Program-made: the position numbers and the translations under genes
Part shown: positions 1-11,180 of the stretch, piece after piece
How the letters are laid out: the number at the start of each line of letters is the position of its first letter
Numbering within the stretch: the first letter of the stretch is position 1
The notes under the pieces: model-generated
What the model saw: the letters and a program-made list of their open reading frames with translations, nothing else
Database searches by the model: none
What the model was told of the DNA's origin: nothing
Source of the DNA: Octopus sinensis
Lineage: Eukaryota
Length of the DNA: 23,030 nt
NCBI RefSeq assembly: GCF_006345805.1
Contig: NW_021836739.1
Span: 1 to 23,030, forward strand
Direction of reading: 5' to 3'

Positions 1-432
1 CACACATATATGTATGTATGTATATATGTATTATATATACACACACGCATATATGTATATGTATCTATTTATTGAGTAGTTCCACACCCCACTCTCAACC
101 CCCCATTTCCCATCTTCCCCTCCAGTTCTGTTTTATTCAATTTACAAAGACGTTCCCGATCTCCCCTTTCCTCTCAATATTCTTTAATTGCCCTCCCACC
201 TATTTTTAACGATAATCATTAGTACAAATTCTAATTAAGTCTACCGTAATTCCCGAGTTGTGTGCGTCTAACGAGTGATACACTCTGAGGCCAAATAGTA
301 GAGACTGATGCAATTAACAGGGGCACGAGAGATATTTGAATTACCGAAAACATTCAGAAGCGCTTAACCCTTTCCCTGGCCAGTATGCCATGTATGATAC
401 AAAAGACGTATCTCTTTGGTGTTATAGGTTGT

Positions 433-500
433 TATAGCCTTGGGTCAACCAGAATCTTGTGAGTGGATTTGGCAGACGGAAACCAAAAGAAGCTTGTCAT
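433..500 (+). mobile_element. SINE family A, core/3' fragment (decayed)
   Basis: TATAGCC...TTGTGAGTGGATTTGGCAGACGGAAAC..AAGAAGC matches the same block in the copies at 1786-2206 and 12631-13060. Confidence 0.75.
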
Positions 501-595
501 ATGTATGTCCGTGTGTTTCTTCCCCCCATGCTTGACAACCGATTTCTGTAACTGAAGACAGGATAATCACTTTGAAATTGTTGCATCTCACAGGC

Positions 596-957
<362 letters not shown>

Positions 958-982
958 ATATATATATATATATATATATATA

Positions 983-1194
983 AAGTTAGTCCAAACATGA
1001 AAGCACAAAAAAACACAACGCGAGGACGTGGAAAAAATATGTGGAACAAATATAGTATTATTGGCCGCTTAGGAAAGAAGGAAAGAAGGAGGGTTTAACG
1101 TTTCAAGCAGAGCTCTTCGTTGGAAACATAGCAAAAGGAAAAATCCAAGGAAGGGAAGACAGAGGAAAAAATCACCAACGGTACACACACGGTC

Positions 1195-1195
<1 letters not shown>
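983..1195 (-). mobile_element. Non-coding, probably Penelope-like-derived terminal fragment inserted in (TA)n
   Basis: Bounded on both sides by TA runs, pyrimidine-rich on the minus strand, and contains a minimal hammerhead-like motif typical of PLE termini. Family assignment is inference. Confidence 0.55.
1093..1127 (-). ncRNA. Degenerate minimal type I hammerhead ribozyme-like motif
   Basis: Minus strand reads GTTT-CCAACGA-A-GAGC(TCT)GCTT-GAAACGT-T-AAAC: stem I GUUU/AAAC, 4-bp stem II, GAAA core and palindromic ACGU stem III. Core is CCAACGA rather than CUGANGA. Confidence 0.5.
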
Positions 1196-1229
<34 letters not shown>

Positions 1230-1785
1230 TGCATACGCACTTGTGTGCACATATAGACGTGTGTATGTATATATACACACAGTTCTTTCTGAAGACTGGT
1301 ATTCTCTCTCTCTCTGGTGCTGTTGTGGTGATACAGATGCTTAACAATCTGGTGATAGTCGCAGCAGTTGGAGGCATTGATATATGGCTGTTGTGGCAAT
1401 GGTGGTGGTGGTGGTGGCGGCGGTATTGGGGTGGTTTGTTTCTCTATTTCTGTCGTTGCCAAAACAAACCACTGAACAGTGAAGACATTATTGTCTGGAT
1501 TTGTGTTTGTGTTTTTACATGAGTAAATATCTCTGTATATTTGTGTATACACACACACACACACACACGCAAAGATCGATCTCTCCCTCCCTCTCTCTCT
1601 CTTTATATATATATATATTATATATACACACATGCACACTTTATAAATAAAATTACTTGACTAAAATAGAGTACTCACTATAATAGTAGATTTATTTATA
1701 TGTATGTGCGTGCGTTTGCACCCACCCACACAGAGCTAGATAGATAGACTAGTGGATAGATACACTGTATGTATGTATATATATA

Positions 1786-1946
1786 GGCGCAGGCATGGCT
1801 GTGTGGTAGGTAGCTTGCTTACCAACCACGTGGCTCTGGGTTCAGTCCCACTGCGTGGCACCTTGGCCAAGTGTCTTCTACTATAGCCTCGGGCCGACCA
1901 AAGCCTTGTGAGTGGATTTGATAGACGGAAACTGAAAGAAGCCCGT

Positions 1947-1983
<37 letters not shown>

Positions 1984-2206
1984 GTGTGTCTGTGTCTGTA
2001 TATACATACCTACATACATATATATACACACACACACACACATATATATATGTATGCATGCATATATGTGGTGCTTATGTGTGTGTATGTTTATATATAT
2101 ATAAACATTGCAAAAGTGACTGATAGAATAAGTGCTAGGGTTGATTTGCTTGACTAAAGGTGGTGCTCCAGCATGGCCGCAGTCAAATGACTGAAACAAA
2201 CAAAAG
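1786..2206 (+). mobile_element. SINE family A (tRNA-like head, core, internal microsatellite, partial tail)
   Basis: A-box-like TGGCTGTGTGGTAGG, B-box-like GGGTTCAGTCCC, CORE-like CCTTGGCCAAGTGTCTT, and homology to many other copies in the window. Confidence 0.9.
1999..2105 (+). repeat. Compound microsatellite block duplicated at 3592-3697
   Basis: The 107-bp and 106-bp copies are identical except for one G indel, including the CA and TA run lengths. Confidence 0.9.
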
Positions 2207-2214
2207 TTATATAT

Positions 2215-2269
<55 letters not shown>

Positions 2270-2329
2270 TGTGTCTGTATGCATAGGTTTTGCCTTGTGT
2301 TTAATAAGTTTGCTTTGCAACGATGCAGT

Positions 2330-2445
2330 TTCAAGAATGGTCCCACTGCCTGACACCTTGGGTAAGCATTTGCTTCCATTCCTGCCAATGCTAACCAATG
2401 CCTTTTGAGGTCATTTTGGTAGTTGAAAACTACAAGAAGGTCCAT
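2330..2445 (+). mobile_element. Heavily decayed SINE family A core
   Basis: GTCCCACTGCCTGACACCTTGGGTAAG..AATGCCTTTTGAG..GAAAACTACAAGAAGG aligns loosely to family A. Confidence 0.55.
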
Positions 2446-2509
2446 TATACATGTGTGTGTGTGTATGTGCATGCTCATACGTGTGTGTTTGTGTGTGTAG
2501 GGGGGAATG

Positions 2510-2650
2510 TTTCATCTTTTGCTTGTTTCACTCATTAGATTGTGGCCATGCTGGGGCACTACCTTGAAGAATTTTAGTTGACTGAATCAATCCCAGTCTT
2601 TTTCCCTTTTTTTTTTTGATAAACCTGGTTCTTATTCTATCAGCCACTTT
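2510..2650 (-). mobile_element. SINE family A tail
   Basis: TGTTTCA..TGTGGCCATGCTGGGGCAC..CTTATTCTATC is the reverse complement of the family A tail. Confidence 0.75.
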
Positions 2651-2830
2651 GATGATGATGATGATGGTGATGGTGGCGGTGGTGGTGGTGGCTGCGGCGG
2701 TAGTGGTGCTGGTTGTAGTAGTGGTGATGATCATGATGGTGTTGCTAATGATGATGATGATGGTGGTGGTGGTGGTATTGGTGGTGGTGGTGGTATTGGT
2801 GGTGGTGCAGGTAGCAGCAGTCATGGTGGT
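2651..2830. repeat. (GAT)n/(GGT)n compound microsatellite
   Basis: Directly visible. Confidence 0.95.
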
Positions 2831-3281
2831 TGTGAGTGTGATGTTATTACGTACTTGTCTTCCTCTCAGTGTCAGAACAGTTTTGAAGGGGCCCCAAGTA
2901 GCAAGGGTCATGCGTCCGAATCCCATCCATAATGCACCCAGATGAAGCACATGTATAATTTGGTTGCAGATTTGCTCCATGTCACTCTGACCATTACCAT
3001 CTCTATGGAATCATACTTCAGTGAAAGACGGCCACACAGCACTCTTTGATAGAATTCGAAGTCAATTTAGATGTCATAAGAGATAAATCTTTAATAATTT
3101 GGTTTTAAATTTGATTCTTGTATTTGGTTCTTCACCAACTCCCTGGCAAACAGACACACAGACAGACAGACAGGCAGGCAGACAGATTGGGGGAAAAATG
3201 ATGCACCACAGACAGTTGTAGAAACAGCTACTTTTGTAAAATGACATACGTGCATGTGTCTACTAATATGCAATTGTGTAT

Positions 3282-3327
<46 letters not shown>

Positions 3328-3591
3328 ATACTAGATGTAAGTGAATGCTTCTGAATATTATATATATATATATACACACACACGTCCATGTACATGGGTG
3401 TGTGTGTGTATGTGTATATAATACATATGTGTGTGTGTGTGTGTGTGGGTGTGTGACAGTGTTTTCACACCTTTTTTTTACCATAACAGAGAATTTTTCT
3501 TCCATGGTAACTGCAGTGAATTTGTGCCTTTAGAAGTTGAAATATGTCACAAACACAACATATTCTAACTAATCTAAAGTTTGCTTACAGA

Positions 3592-3697
3592 TATATACAT
3601 ACCTACATACATATATATACACACACACACACACATATATATATGTATGCATGCATATATGTGTGCTTATGTGTGTGTATGTTTATATATATATAAA
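3592..3697 (+). repeat. Second copy of the 1999-2105 block
   Basis: Direct alignment. Confidence 0.9.
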
Positions 3698-3769
3698 TAA
3701 ATATAAGGATGGTATTATTAAAATACCATCACAAGTGGTAAGCAAATTATCAGCCGTACAGGCAAATTG

Positions 3770-3827
<58 letters not shown>

Positions 3828-4302
3828 TTGAGAGGGAGAGAGAAAGATTGATGCAGATAAACATGAGTATGGTTGATACACACACACACACACACAGATA
3901 CATGTAACTAAATGTCTTCAGGAGATAAACACCTATGTACAAGCATATAGATATTTATATAAACAGGCAAATATATTTACACAGAACGTAAAAATATAGA
4001 ATACTATGGACAGAATACATAGATTTTTTTTTTTAGTACACATACTCACACACAAATTGTATGTGTAGATTCATGCATCTGCAATGTGTGTGTGTATGTA
4101 TTGAATAAAACTTAGGCTCTAGAACAATATATCTGTGGAATTCAAAGAATCCTTTTAACCTGTTGTTAAACTCTGATATATTCTTACTTGTATTATTAGT
4201 TTAATGCCAAAGTAGGTGTGAAATGGCATTAAAAAAATATGACTTTGACATCACATTCAATTGCAGGGTTTTGTTGTGGGTCATGGAAACAATATGGAAA
4301 CA

Positions 4303-4546
4303 GTGGTGAGCTGGCAGAAACGTTAGCATACCGGGCGAAATGCTCAGCGGTATTTCGTCTGCCGTTATGTTCTGAGTTCAAATTCCGCCGAGGTCGACTT
4401 TGCCTTTCATCCTTTCGGGGTTGATAAATTAAGTACCAGTTACGCACTGGGGTCAATATAATCGACTTATTCTGTTTGTCTGTCCTTCTTTGTCCTCTCT
4501 GTGTTTATCCCCTTGTGGGCAGTAAAGAAATAGGTATTTCGTCTGC
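4303..4546 (+). mobile_element. SINE family B: head, one 184-bp unit and 14 bp of a second unit
   Basis: A-box-like TGGCAGAAACGTTAG, B-box-like GAGTTCAAATTCC (4374-4386), central GCCTTTCATCCTTTCGGGG domain, and GGTATTTCGTCTGC at both 4349 and 4533. Confidence 0.9.
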
Positions 4547-4683
4547 AGTGGTGGTTGGATGAATGGATGTATGGATGGATGTATGTATGTATGTATGTAT
4601 GTATGTATGTTGGTTTTCATATATGTCTATCTATACACAGACATGCAGGAAGTAAATAGACACCTTTAATTTTCAAAATCATT

Positions 4684-5052
4684 TTGTTTGATATTAATTG
4701 GTCGAGGGAGAGGTTATCTTCTAGCTGCTCTTCCATAATACCCAAGCTTATGCAGATATGTAACACTTGTTCTTGGACTAGCTGCAATGTCAGAAGCCTT
4801 CAAACGGGGTTCGTTTTCCACAATTCTCTTCAAACAGTGAAGCTTCCTTTCCAAGGGCCCAGGTCGGCCAGGATGAGAATCTCTTGATTCTTTTCCTCGG
4901 CTCTTGAATTGTACTATAATTCTATTAACAGTAGCAAGAGGAATTTGTAGATTTTCGGCAATTTTTCACTGGCTAAGAATAGACTCAGATTGCCCAACAA
5001 TATGACCTCTTTGAAAATCTGACAGTTCTGCTGAATTTTTTGCATGTGGCAT
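4684..5052 (-). pseudogene. Tc1/mariner transposase N-terminal (HTH) relic
   Basis: Minus strand translates [72 protein letters not shown] and RxxxKP motifs are Tc1-like; two in-frame stops; no DDE domain or TIR seen. Confidence 0.85.
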
Positions 5053-5230
5053 GGTTACTCTTCGCAGATGTTTAATATAATGGCACCTGGAATGAAAAAG
5101 AATAATTACATTGTAATTTCTACACTGCAGAAAACATAATAAGATGCTTAGATCAGAAATTTTGAGAATTAAAGGTGTCTATTTATTCCTGCATGTGTGT
5201 GCGTGTGTGTGTGTGTGTTTGGTGTGTGTA

Positions 5231-5274
<44 letters not shown>

Positions 5275-5455
5275 TATATATATAATTGCAACCCAGAATA
5301 CTGTGTAGCTTAAGTGTTGACCTCTGAAACCCACTGGTGTCTAGTATATAGAAGTGTCAATTGACAGCTCTTTTGCAAGCAGTCTGTTTGCAAGTCTCTA
5401 CAGTGGAACTGGAAATATATTCTAAGTGTACTATTGGCACTCTCTCTCTCTCTCT

Positions 5456-5493
<38 letters not shown>

Positions 5494-5594
5494 GAGAGAG
5501 AGAGAGAGAGAGATATACACACACACAAGTGGATACTCTTTAATATTAACTTTAAAGAGGGAGAACTAGGTGCCATTTACTTGGCACCTGCAAG

Positions 5595-5965
5595 ATCTGC
5601 TTTGCTATGGTTTTATGGCTGGATACCATTTCTAATGCCAATCACTTTATAGAGTGAACTGGCTGCATTTTATGTGGCACCAGCATTGGTGAGGTTATCA
5701 CGTAACTCGGAAGACAAAGGCCCCACATCTGAGAAGGAGAGTGGTTCTGAAGGAGGGGGCTTTGGGCCAGGTGATGAGAGGTTAAACTATGGTAGAGGGA
5801 CAGAAACAGCTGTCAGGCACGTTGTCCACTTTGTAAAGAGTTGATGTTAAGAAGGACATCCAGTTGTAGAAAGCAGGCAGTGAAGTTTGGCACAGTGTCC
5901 AGGCTTACTGGCTCATCTCAAACCATTCAACACTTACCAGGATAGAAGATGGAAATAAAATGACA
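5595..5965. mobile_element. Two decayed copies of SINE family D in opposite orientation
   Basis: About 5595-5800 resembles 14669-14932 (GCTGGAT..CTAATGCCAA.CACT). About 5823-5965 carries the opposite-strand AAGGACATCCAGTTGTAGAAA. Confidence 0.65.
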
Positions 5966-6000
5966 ATAATAGTGTGTGTGTGTGTCTGTGTGTGTGTGTG

Positions 6001-6031
<31 letters not shown>

Positions 6032-6103
6032 GTTTATGCGTCTCTGCATGCTGAATTACAGCATAAGAAGCAACACACAACAAAAATTATATTCTAATTT
6101 CAG

Positions 6104-6155
6104 CTCTAAAAATTGGTTTGCTTATGAAACAAGATATCCATCAGGAATTATGGAT
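6104..6155 (+). CDS. Possible upstream exon of the host gene
   Basis: Acceptor TTCTAATTTCAG; frame LKIGLLMKQDIHQELW ends in phase 2, matching exon 7615. The donor AT|GTACTT is weak. Confidence 0.25.
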
Positions 6156-6589
6156 GTACTTTTTGTTTTCTGTGCGGGGAAAACATGTCAAATGAGATCA
6201 GAACTGATTCAATAATTAAATGATGCAGTGCTGGAGTTTGACACATATATAGTCTCTAGAGTCATCTTGCTTCATCTGTCTCTTTACTGAGTCAATTACT
6301 GCTGGAATATGTTTGCAATTCAATTGTAAATTTTATACAAATTTTATGGATCAGTAATTACATTGGCAAGTAGAAATCTTAATTTTCATTTTAGCAGTTC
6401 GTTGTCTGTGATCTTTTGTGAGTTAATACACAGAAAACTGCCCAGAGGTATAATTTCGAATTGGAATTTTCCTCATCTTACCAACTGACATATCCTGATA
6501 TTCACATATATTATATATATATATATATATAAATAGAGAGAGAGTAATTTTGTTCGTCGTTCTTTCTTGGCTTCTCCCTGAGGATGCTT

Positions 6590-6720
6590 CCTTCCGTATT
6601 TAGCTGTGAAACTTGGTTGCTTGTAGAAACAGATGTCTGTTGGGGGTTATGAATGTAATTTCTGTGTGTGGGTGTTTGGTATGAGATGACAAGAACAGCT
6701 TGAATGAATAAGTACTGTAA
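6590..6720 (+). mobile_element. Decayed RTE-like LINE fragment
   Basis: CETWLLVETD and a downstream *DDK resemble the YGxETW..WxD region C-terminal to RTE RT; very degraded. Confidence 0.35.
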
Positions 6721-7347
6721 GCACGAGAACTTAGATGAACATGCATGATTGCTATATATATGTATATATAAACATACATACACACATCACACACATATTG
6801 CGTGTATGACACTGCATGCTAAACATAAACTATTTTCTAAATATGGCTTGGAAGGTTACTGGTGTTGATTTTGTCTTTCACTTTATGATTCTGAATTCAA
6901 CCATTTTACACAGTTACTGTAAGGCTTTGCCTAAGATAGCCACACACACACGCACTTACACACATACACATTTACACACACACACACACACTTACGCACA
7001 CACGCTATTGTTTAATCTTATGTCATGCCTGATAGAGCAGATTTATACTTTAAAGGCAGGGTGAAATTTGGTTGAAGGAAACTGTAGAGAATCCTATTAT
7101 ATATGTAACATTCAGGTTCTATTCTTCTTCGCAACTTCTGAATCTATCATTCACTTTCTACCGCTTCGACCAATTCTATCACTCAGCCTCTATCTTCTCT
7201 ATCACCCATCTTCTATCATTCCTGCTACTCTAAGCCTTATACCTTTCTAAAAAAGGAAAAACTTCTCATTAGTTTTACCATATTTCTTAGTTCCACCATT
7301 GGTGGATTTATGAAGATATTTTAAAGAATTACAAGTCGAAAAATGAG

Positions 7348-7577
7348 TTAACCTTTTACCGTTTATACTGAGCATATCTGGCCAAAATACTCTCTGTTTG
7401 ATGTTCAAACTGGACAGATCTGGTCTCTTGCACTTATCCTACTACGTCATTCTAAAAAAATAAGCAATCACGTCATTGAATTCCCAAAGCCACAAGATAA
7501 TGCATAATTAATTCAAACCATTGTGAATAAATAAGCGTCACATTTGACAGAGTAATCTGAATGTTAATGATTGTTAA
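7348..7577. mobile_element. Probable TTAA-bounded MITE (degenerate)
   Basis: Begins TTAACCTTT and ends GTTAA. Internal sequence recalled from memory as an octopus repeat; TIRs are degraded in this copy. Confidence 0.4.
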
Positions 7578-7614
7578 AGTTATGTTACCGTTTTCTTTCT
7601 ATTTCTGCCCCTAG

Positions 7615-7736
7615 GTTCCAGAAAATGACAGAAAGAGAAAGACAGGAGATGAACTACGGTTCAAGTTCTAAACTGGAAGCCACTTCTCATAAGATCAAAA
7701 AGACAGGTTCTGAAGACACATTCGGCAGACCAAGCA
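7615..7736 (+). CDS. Host gene internal exon (122 nt, phase 2 to 1), protein unidentified
   Basis: Acceptor TTTTCTTTCTATTTCTGCCCCTAG, donor GCA|GTAAGT, single open frame FQKMTERERQEMNYGSSSKLEATSHKIKKTGSEDTFGRPS, phase-compatible with 15016-15160. Confidence 0.75.
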
Positions 7737-8047
7737 GTAAGTAAAACATATTGGTTATTATGGCTTTAAAAAAAAACTTGCCTAAATTTTTGAGATGAAA
7801 TCTGACCTTTATTATGCATTTATCTAAGGATAAAAGATTCTGATGATGATCGGAGATCAAAACATTTGAAAAGTTATAAAGATGTAGTTCCTTCTATCGA
7901 TCAATCCATCTTCTCTGCCTCCTACTCCTGGGAAGCCCATCGAGGGGGTAGAGAGAGTTCTTAGGCATTCTCTTCTCGGGGTCCTATCAGAAGCAACAAT
8001 TATTACTCTTTCCTGCTGTATTTCCAAGCATGACCAACTGACAATAT

Positions 8048-8570
8048 GGCATGGCTCTGTGGTTAGAAGTCTGCTTCCCAACTATATGGTTCCAGGTTCA
8101 GTCCCACTGCATGACACATTGGGCAAGTGTCTTCTTATCTCTTTATTGCCCACAGGGGGCTAAACATAGAGGGGACAAACAAGGACAGGCAAAGGGATTT
8201 AGTCGATTACATCGACCCCAGTGCATAACTGGTACTTAATTTATCGACCCCGAAAGGATGAAAGGCAAAGTTAACCTCGGCGGAATTTGAACTCAGAACA
8301 TAGCGGCAGACGAAATACCTATTTCTTTACTACCCACAAGGGGCTAAACACAGAGGGGACAAACAAGGACAGACAAAGGGATTAAGTCGATTACATCGAC
8401 CCCAGTGTGTAACTGGTACTTAATTTATTGACCCCGAAAGGATGAAATGCAAAGTCGACCTCGGCGGAATTTGAACTCAGAACGTAACGGCAGACGAAAT
8501 ACCGCCAGGCATTTCACCCAGCGTGCTAATGATTCTGCCAGCTCACCGCAAGTGTCTTCTACCACAGCCT
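8048..8570 (+). mobile_element. SINE family A copy split by a family B insertion
   Basis: Head and core at 8048-8135, resuming at 8550-8570; AAGTGTCTTCT duplicated at 8125-8135 and 8550-8560. Confidence 0.85.
8136..8549 (-). mobile_element. SINE family B with two tandem 184-bp units and an 11-bp TSD
   Basis: Units at 8136-8319 and 8320-8503, head at 8504-8549; homologous to 4303-4546. Confidence 0.92.
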
Positions 8571-8959
8571 TCTTGCCATGCAGCCACGCCTGTGACTGAT
8601 GTAGCCATTACAAAAAATATATGTTGTCTCTGAGAGAGTAATAAGTCTGAGGAGTGAAAATCTTATTAGCAACAACATATCTGAAACATTCAAAATTTTA
8701 ATTAACTTTCTATAGCAGAAGTAGTAGTAGTAATAGTAGTAGTAGTAGTGGTAGTAGTAGTAGTAGTAGTGGTATGTGTAGGATGTGTAGCAGTGGTCTG
8801 ATAGCTGTGTTGCCTAGGAACAGCTTCAACTCGTTTCTGTATGCAGGCATCAGACTAAATCTCACACTAATCCACTTAACAGTAACTTGAGCGATTGAGC
8901 TTTTTTCTTCTTAGCTGCATTCAATGTTGCTTTGCTCTACACTTCGTCTCACTATCAGG

Positions 8960-9406
8960 ACTCCCTCCCTCCTTTATTCCTTCCTTCTTTCTTCCTTCTT
9001 TCTTTCTTCCTTCTTCCCTTTCTTTTCTCTCTTTCTTTCTCTTCTTTTCTCTCTTCCTTCATCCCTTTCTTTCTCTTCTTTTTCTCTTTCTTCCTTCCTC
9101 CTTTTCTTTCTTTCCTCTCTTTCTTTCTCTTTTCTCTCTTCCTTCCTTTCTCCCTCTCTTCTTTTTCCCTTTTTTCCTTCCTCCTTTTCTTTCTTTCTTT
9201 TCTCTCTTTCTCTTTTCTCTCTTTCTTCTTTCCTCCCTTTCTTCCTTCCTCTCTTCATTCTTCTTCTTCTTCTTCTTCTTCTTCTCCTCTCTCCCCTTCC
9301 TTTCTTTCCTTCCTCCTTTCTTCCTTTCTTTCTATTTATATACTTTATATATTTTGCTGCACAATGACAATGCTGGCTGTACCTTTTCCTATTGCAACCT
9401 GCCATT

Positions 9407-9457
<51 letters not shown>

Positions 9458-9800
9458 CACCACCATCACCACTACCACCTCCCCCACCATCACCACTACC
9501 ACCACCACTTTCACTATGACTGCAATCATCACTCTGCTCACTGCTGTTAATTATACCACCACCACCACCACAACCAATGCCACCAGGCACCAACACTACC
9601 AGGACCACCACCACTGAGAACTACTACTACCACCACCAACAACACAGCAACAACTGCCACCAGCACCACTAAAGCATGATTCGCCACCACCACCACAACC
9701 ACCACCACCACCACACTCACCACCACCACCACCACACTCACCACCACCACAACCACAACCACCACCATCCCCACCTACAACAGCAACAGCAACAACAACA
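8960..9800. repeat. Low-complexity block: CT-rich polypyrimidine, then (CTA)n/(CCA)n/(CAA)n
   Basis: Directly visible. Confidence 0.95.
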
Positions 9801-9845
9801 AGCAACTAGTTTCCTTTTATGGTTACATTTATTTGCTTATTACAG

Positions 9846-9874
9846 TAACGAGTGACAGCACTGGGGGGGGGAAG
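9846..9874 (+). CDS. 29-nt small exon (phase 1 to 0), ITSDSTGGGK
   Basis: Acceptor TTTATTTGCTTATTACAG, consensus donor AAG|GTGAGT; the only open frame matches the phase-1 end of exon 7615-7736. Confidence 0.6.
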
Positions 9875-10059
9875 GTGAGTGAGAAACGAAGAAGCGGTGA
9901 ATAATGTCACCTGGAGGTGTCAACTAAAATTGCTGCAGTCTCTAATTCCACACCCCCCCTCCCCTTTCTCTCTCTCTCCTTTTAACTTTTTATTTATTTA
10001 CTTTATTAAATTTCTCTCTTGCATTTGTATGAGGATTATTGGGTATTTAGTATTTTTTT

Positions 10060-10630
10060 TTTGCTATCATCATCATCATCATCATCACTGTTATTATCAT
10101 TACTACCATTATTATTATTATCATCCTTCTCCATTCTTCTTCTTCTTCTTCTTCTTCTTCTACTTCTTCTTCATTCTTCTTCATTCTTCTTCTTCTTCTT
10201 CTACTTCTTCTTCATTCTTCTTCATTCTTCTTCTTCTTCTTCTACTTCTTCTTCATTCTTCTTCATTCTTCATTCTTCCTCTTCTTCATTCTTCTTCTTC
10301 CTCTTCTTCATTCTTCTTCTTCTTCTTCATTTTTCTTCCTTTTCTTCTTCATCTTCATTCTTCTTCTTCTTCCTCTTCTTCATTCTTCTTCTTCCTCTTC
10401 TTCATTCTTCTTCTTCCTCTTCTTCATTCTTCCTCTTCCTCTTCTTCTTCTTCTTCTTCTTCATTTTTCTTCCTTTTCTTCTTCATCTTCATTCTTCTTT
10501 TCCTTCTTCTTTTTCTTCCTCTTCTTCTTTTTCTTCTTCTTCTTCTTTTTCTTCCTCTTCTTCATGTTTCTTCTTCTTATTCATTCTCCTCCTCCTCCTT
10601 CTTATCCTCATCATCACCACCACCATCATC
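10060..10630. repeat. Long (TTC)n-dominated homopyrimidine-rich tract with CAT interruptions
   Basis: Directly visible. Confidence 0.95.
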
Positions 10631-10899
10631 ATCAGTTGTTATTTGCTCTGTTCCACCCCACCCCCCCCGTCACTTGCTTTAAGCGGATTGCACTTTCTGG
10701 TTTAAGCCATAACAAGGCGTTAAGGCATTACTGACACAAAATGCAACAACAACAACAACAACAACAGCAACAACAACAGCAACAAGTGCAGAGACATCAG
10801 AGAATCTAAAACATAAACACAGCTTAAACAACAACAACAACACCGAATCTAAGAATGCAAAAAGCGTTCCAAACGACATCAACATCAACATCAACAATT

Positions 10900-11050
10900 G
10901 TGTGTGGTGGTGGTGGGGGTGATGGTCATATGGGGGTGTAATGATTATAATGATGTTGGTGATTATAGAGATGATGATGATGATGATGACGTTGGTGATG
11001 GTGGTGATGATGATGGTGATTATAGAGATGATGATGATGGTGATTATAGA

Positions 11051-11099
<49 letters not shown>

Positions 11100-11131
11100 A
11101 TAGAGATGATGATGATGATGGTGATTATAGA

Positions 11132-11180
<49 letters not shown>

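Noticed and set aside
3708-3737. 30-nt exon candidate with GTAAGC donor, overlapping a 9-bp hairpin
   Set aside because: No pyrimidine tract at the acceptor; the hairpin is within chance expectation in AT-rich DNA
7615-7660. Resemblance of RQEMNY to the BK channel EMVYR tail
   Set aside because: Only a few residues match and the surrounding sequence does not; no gene name assigned
8136-8549. CRISPR-like or satellite interpretation of the direct repeats
   Set aside because: Eukaryotic SINE units with no unique spacers
8895-9617. Long hydrophobic ORFs, including a good acceptor at 8914 that opens in the host-gene phase
   Set aside because: The frame runs straight into CT repeats, no donor is visible, and the lack of stops is compositional
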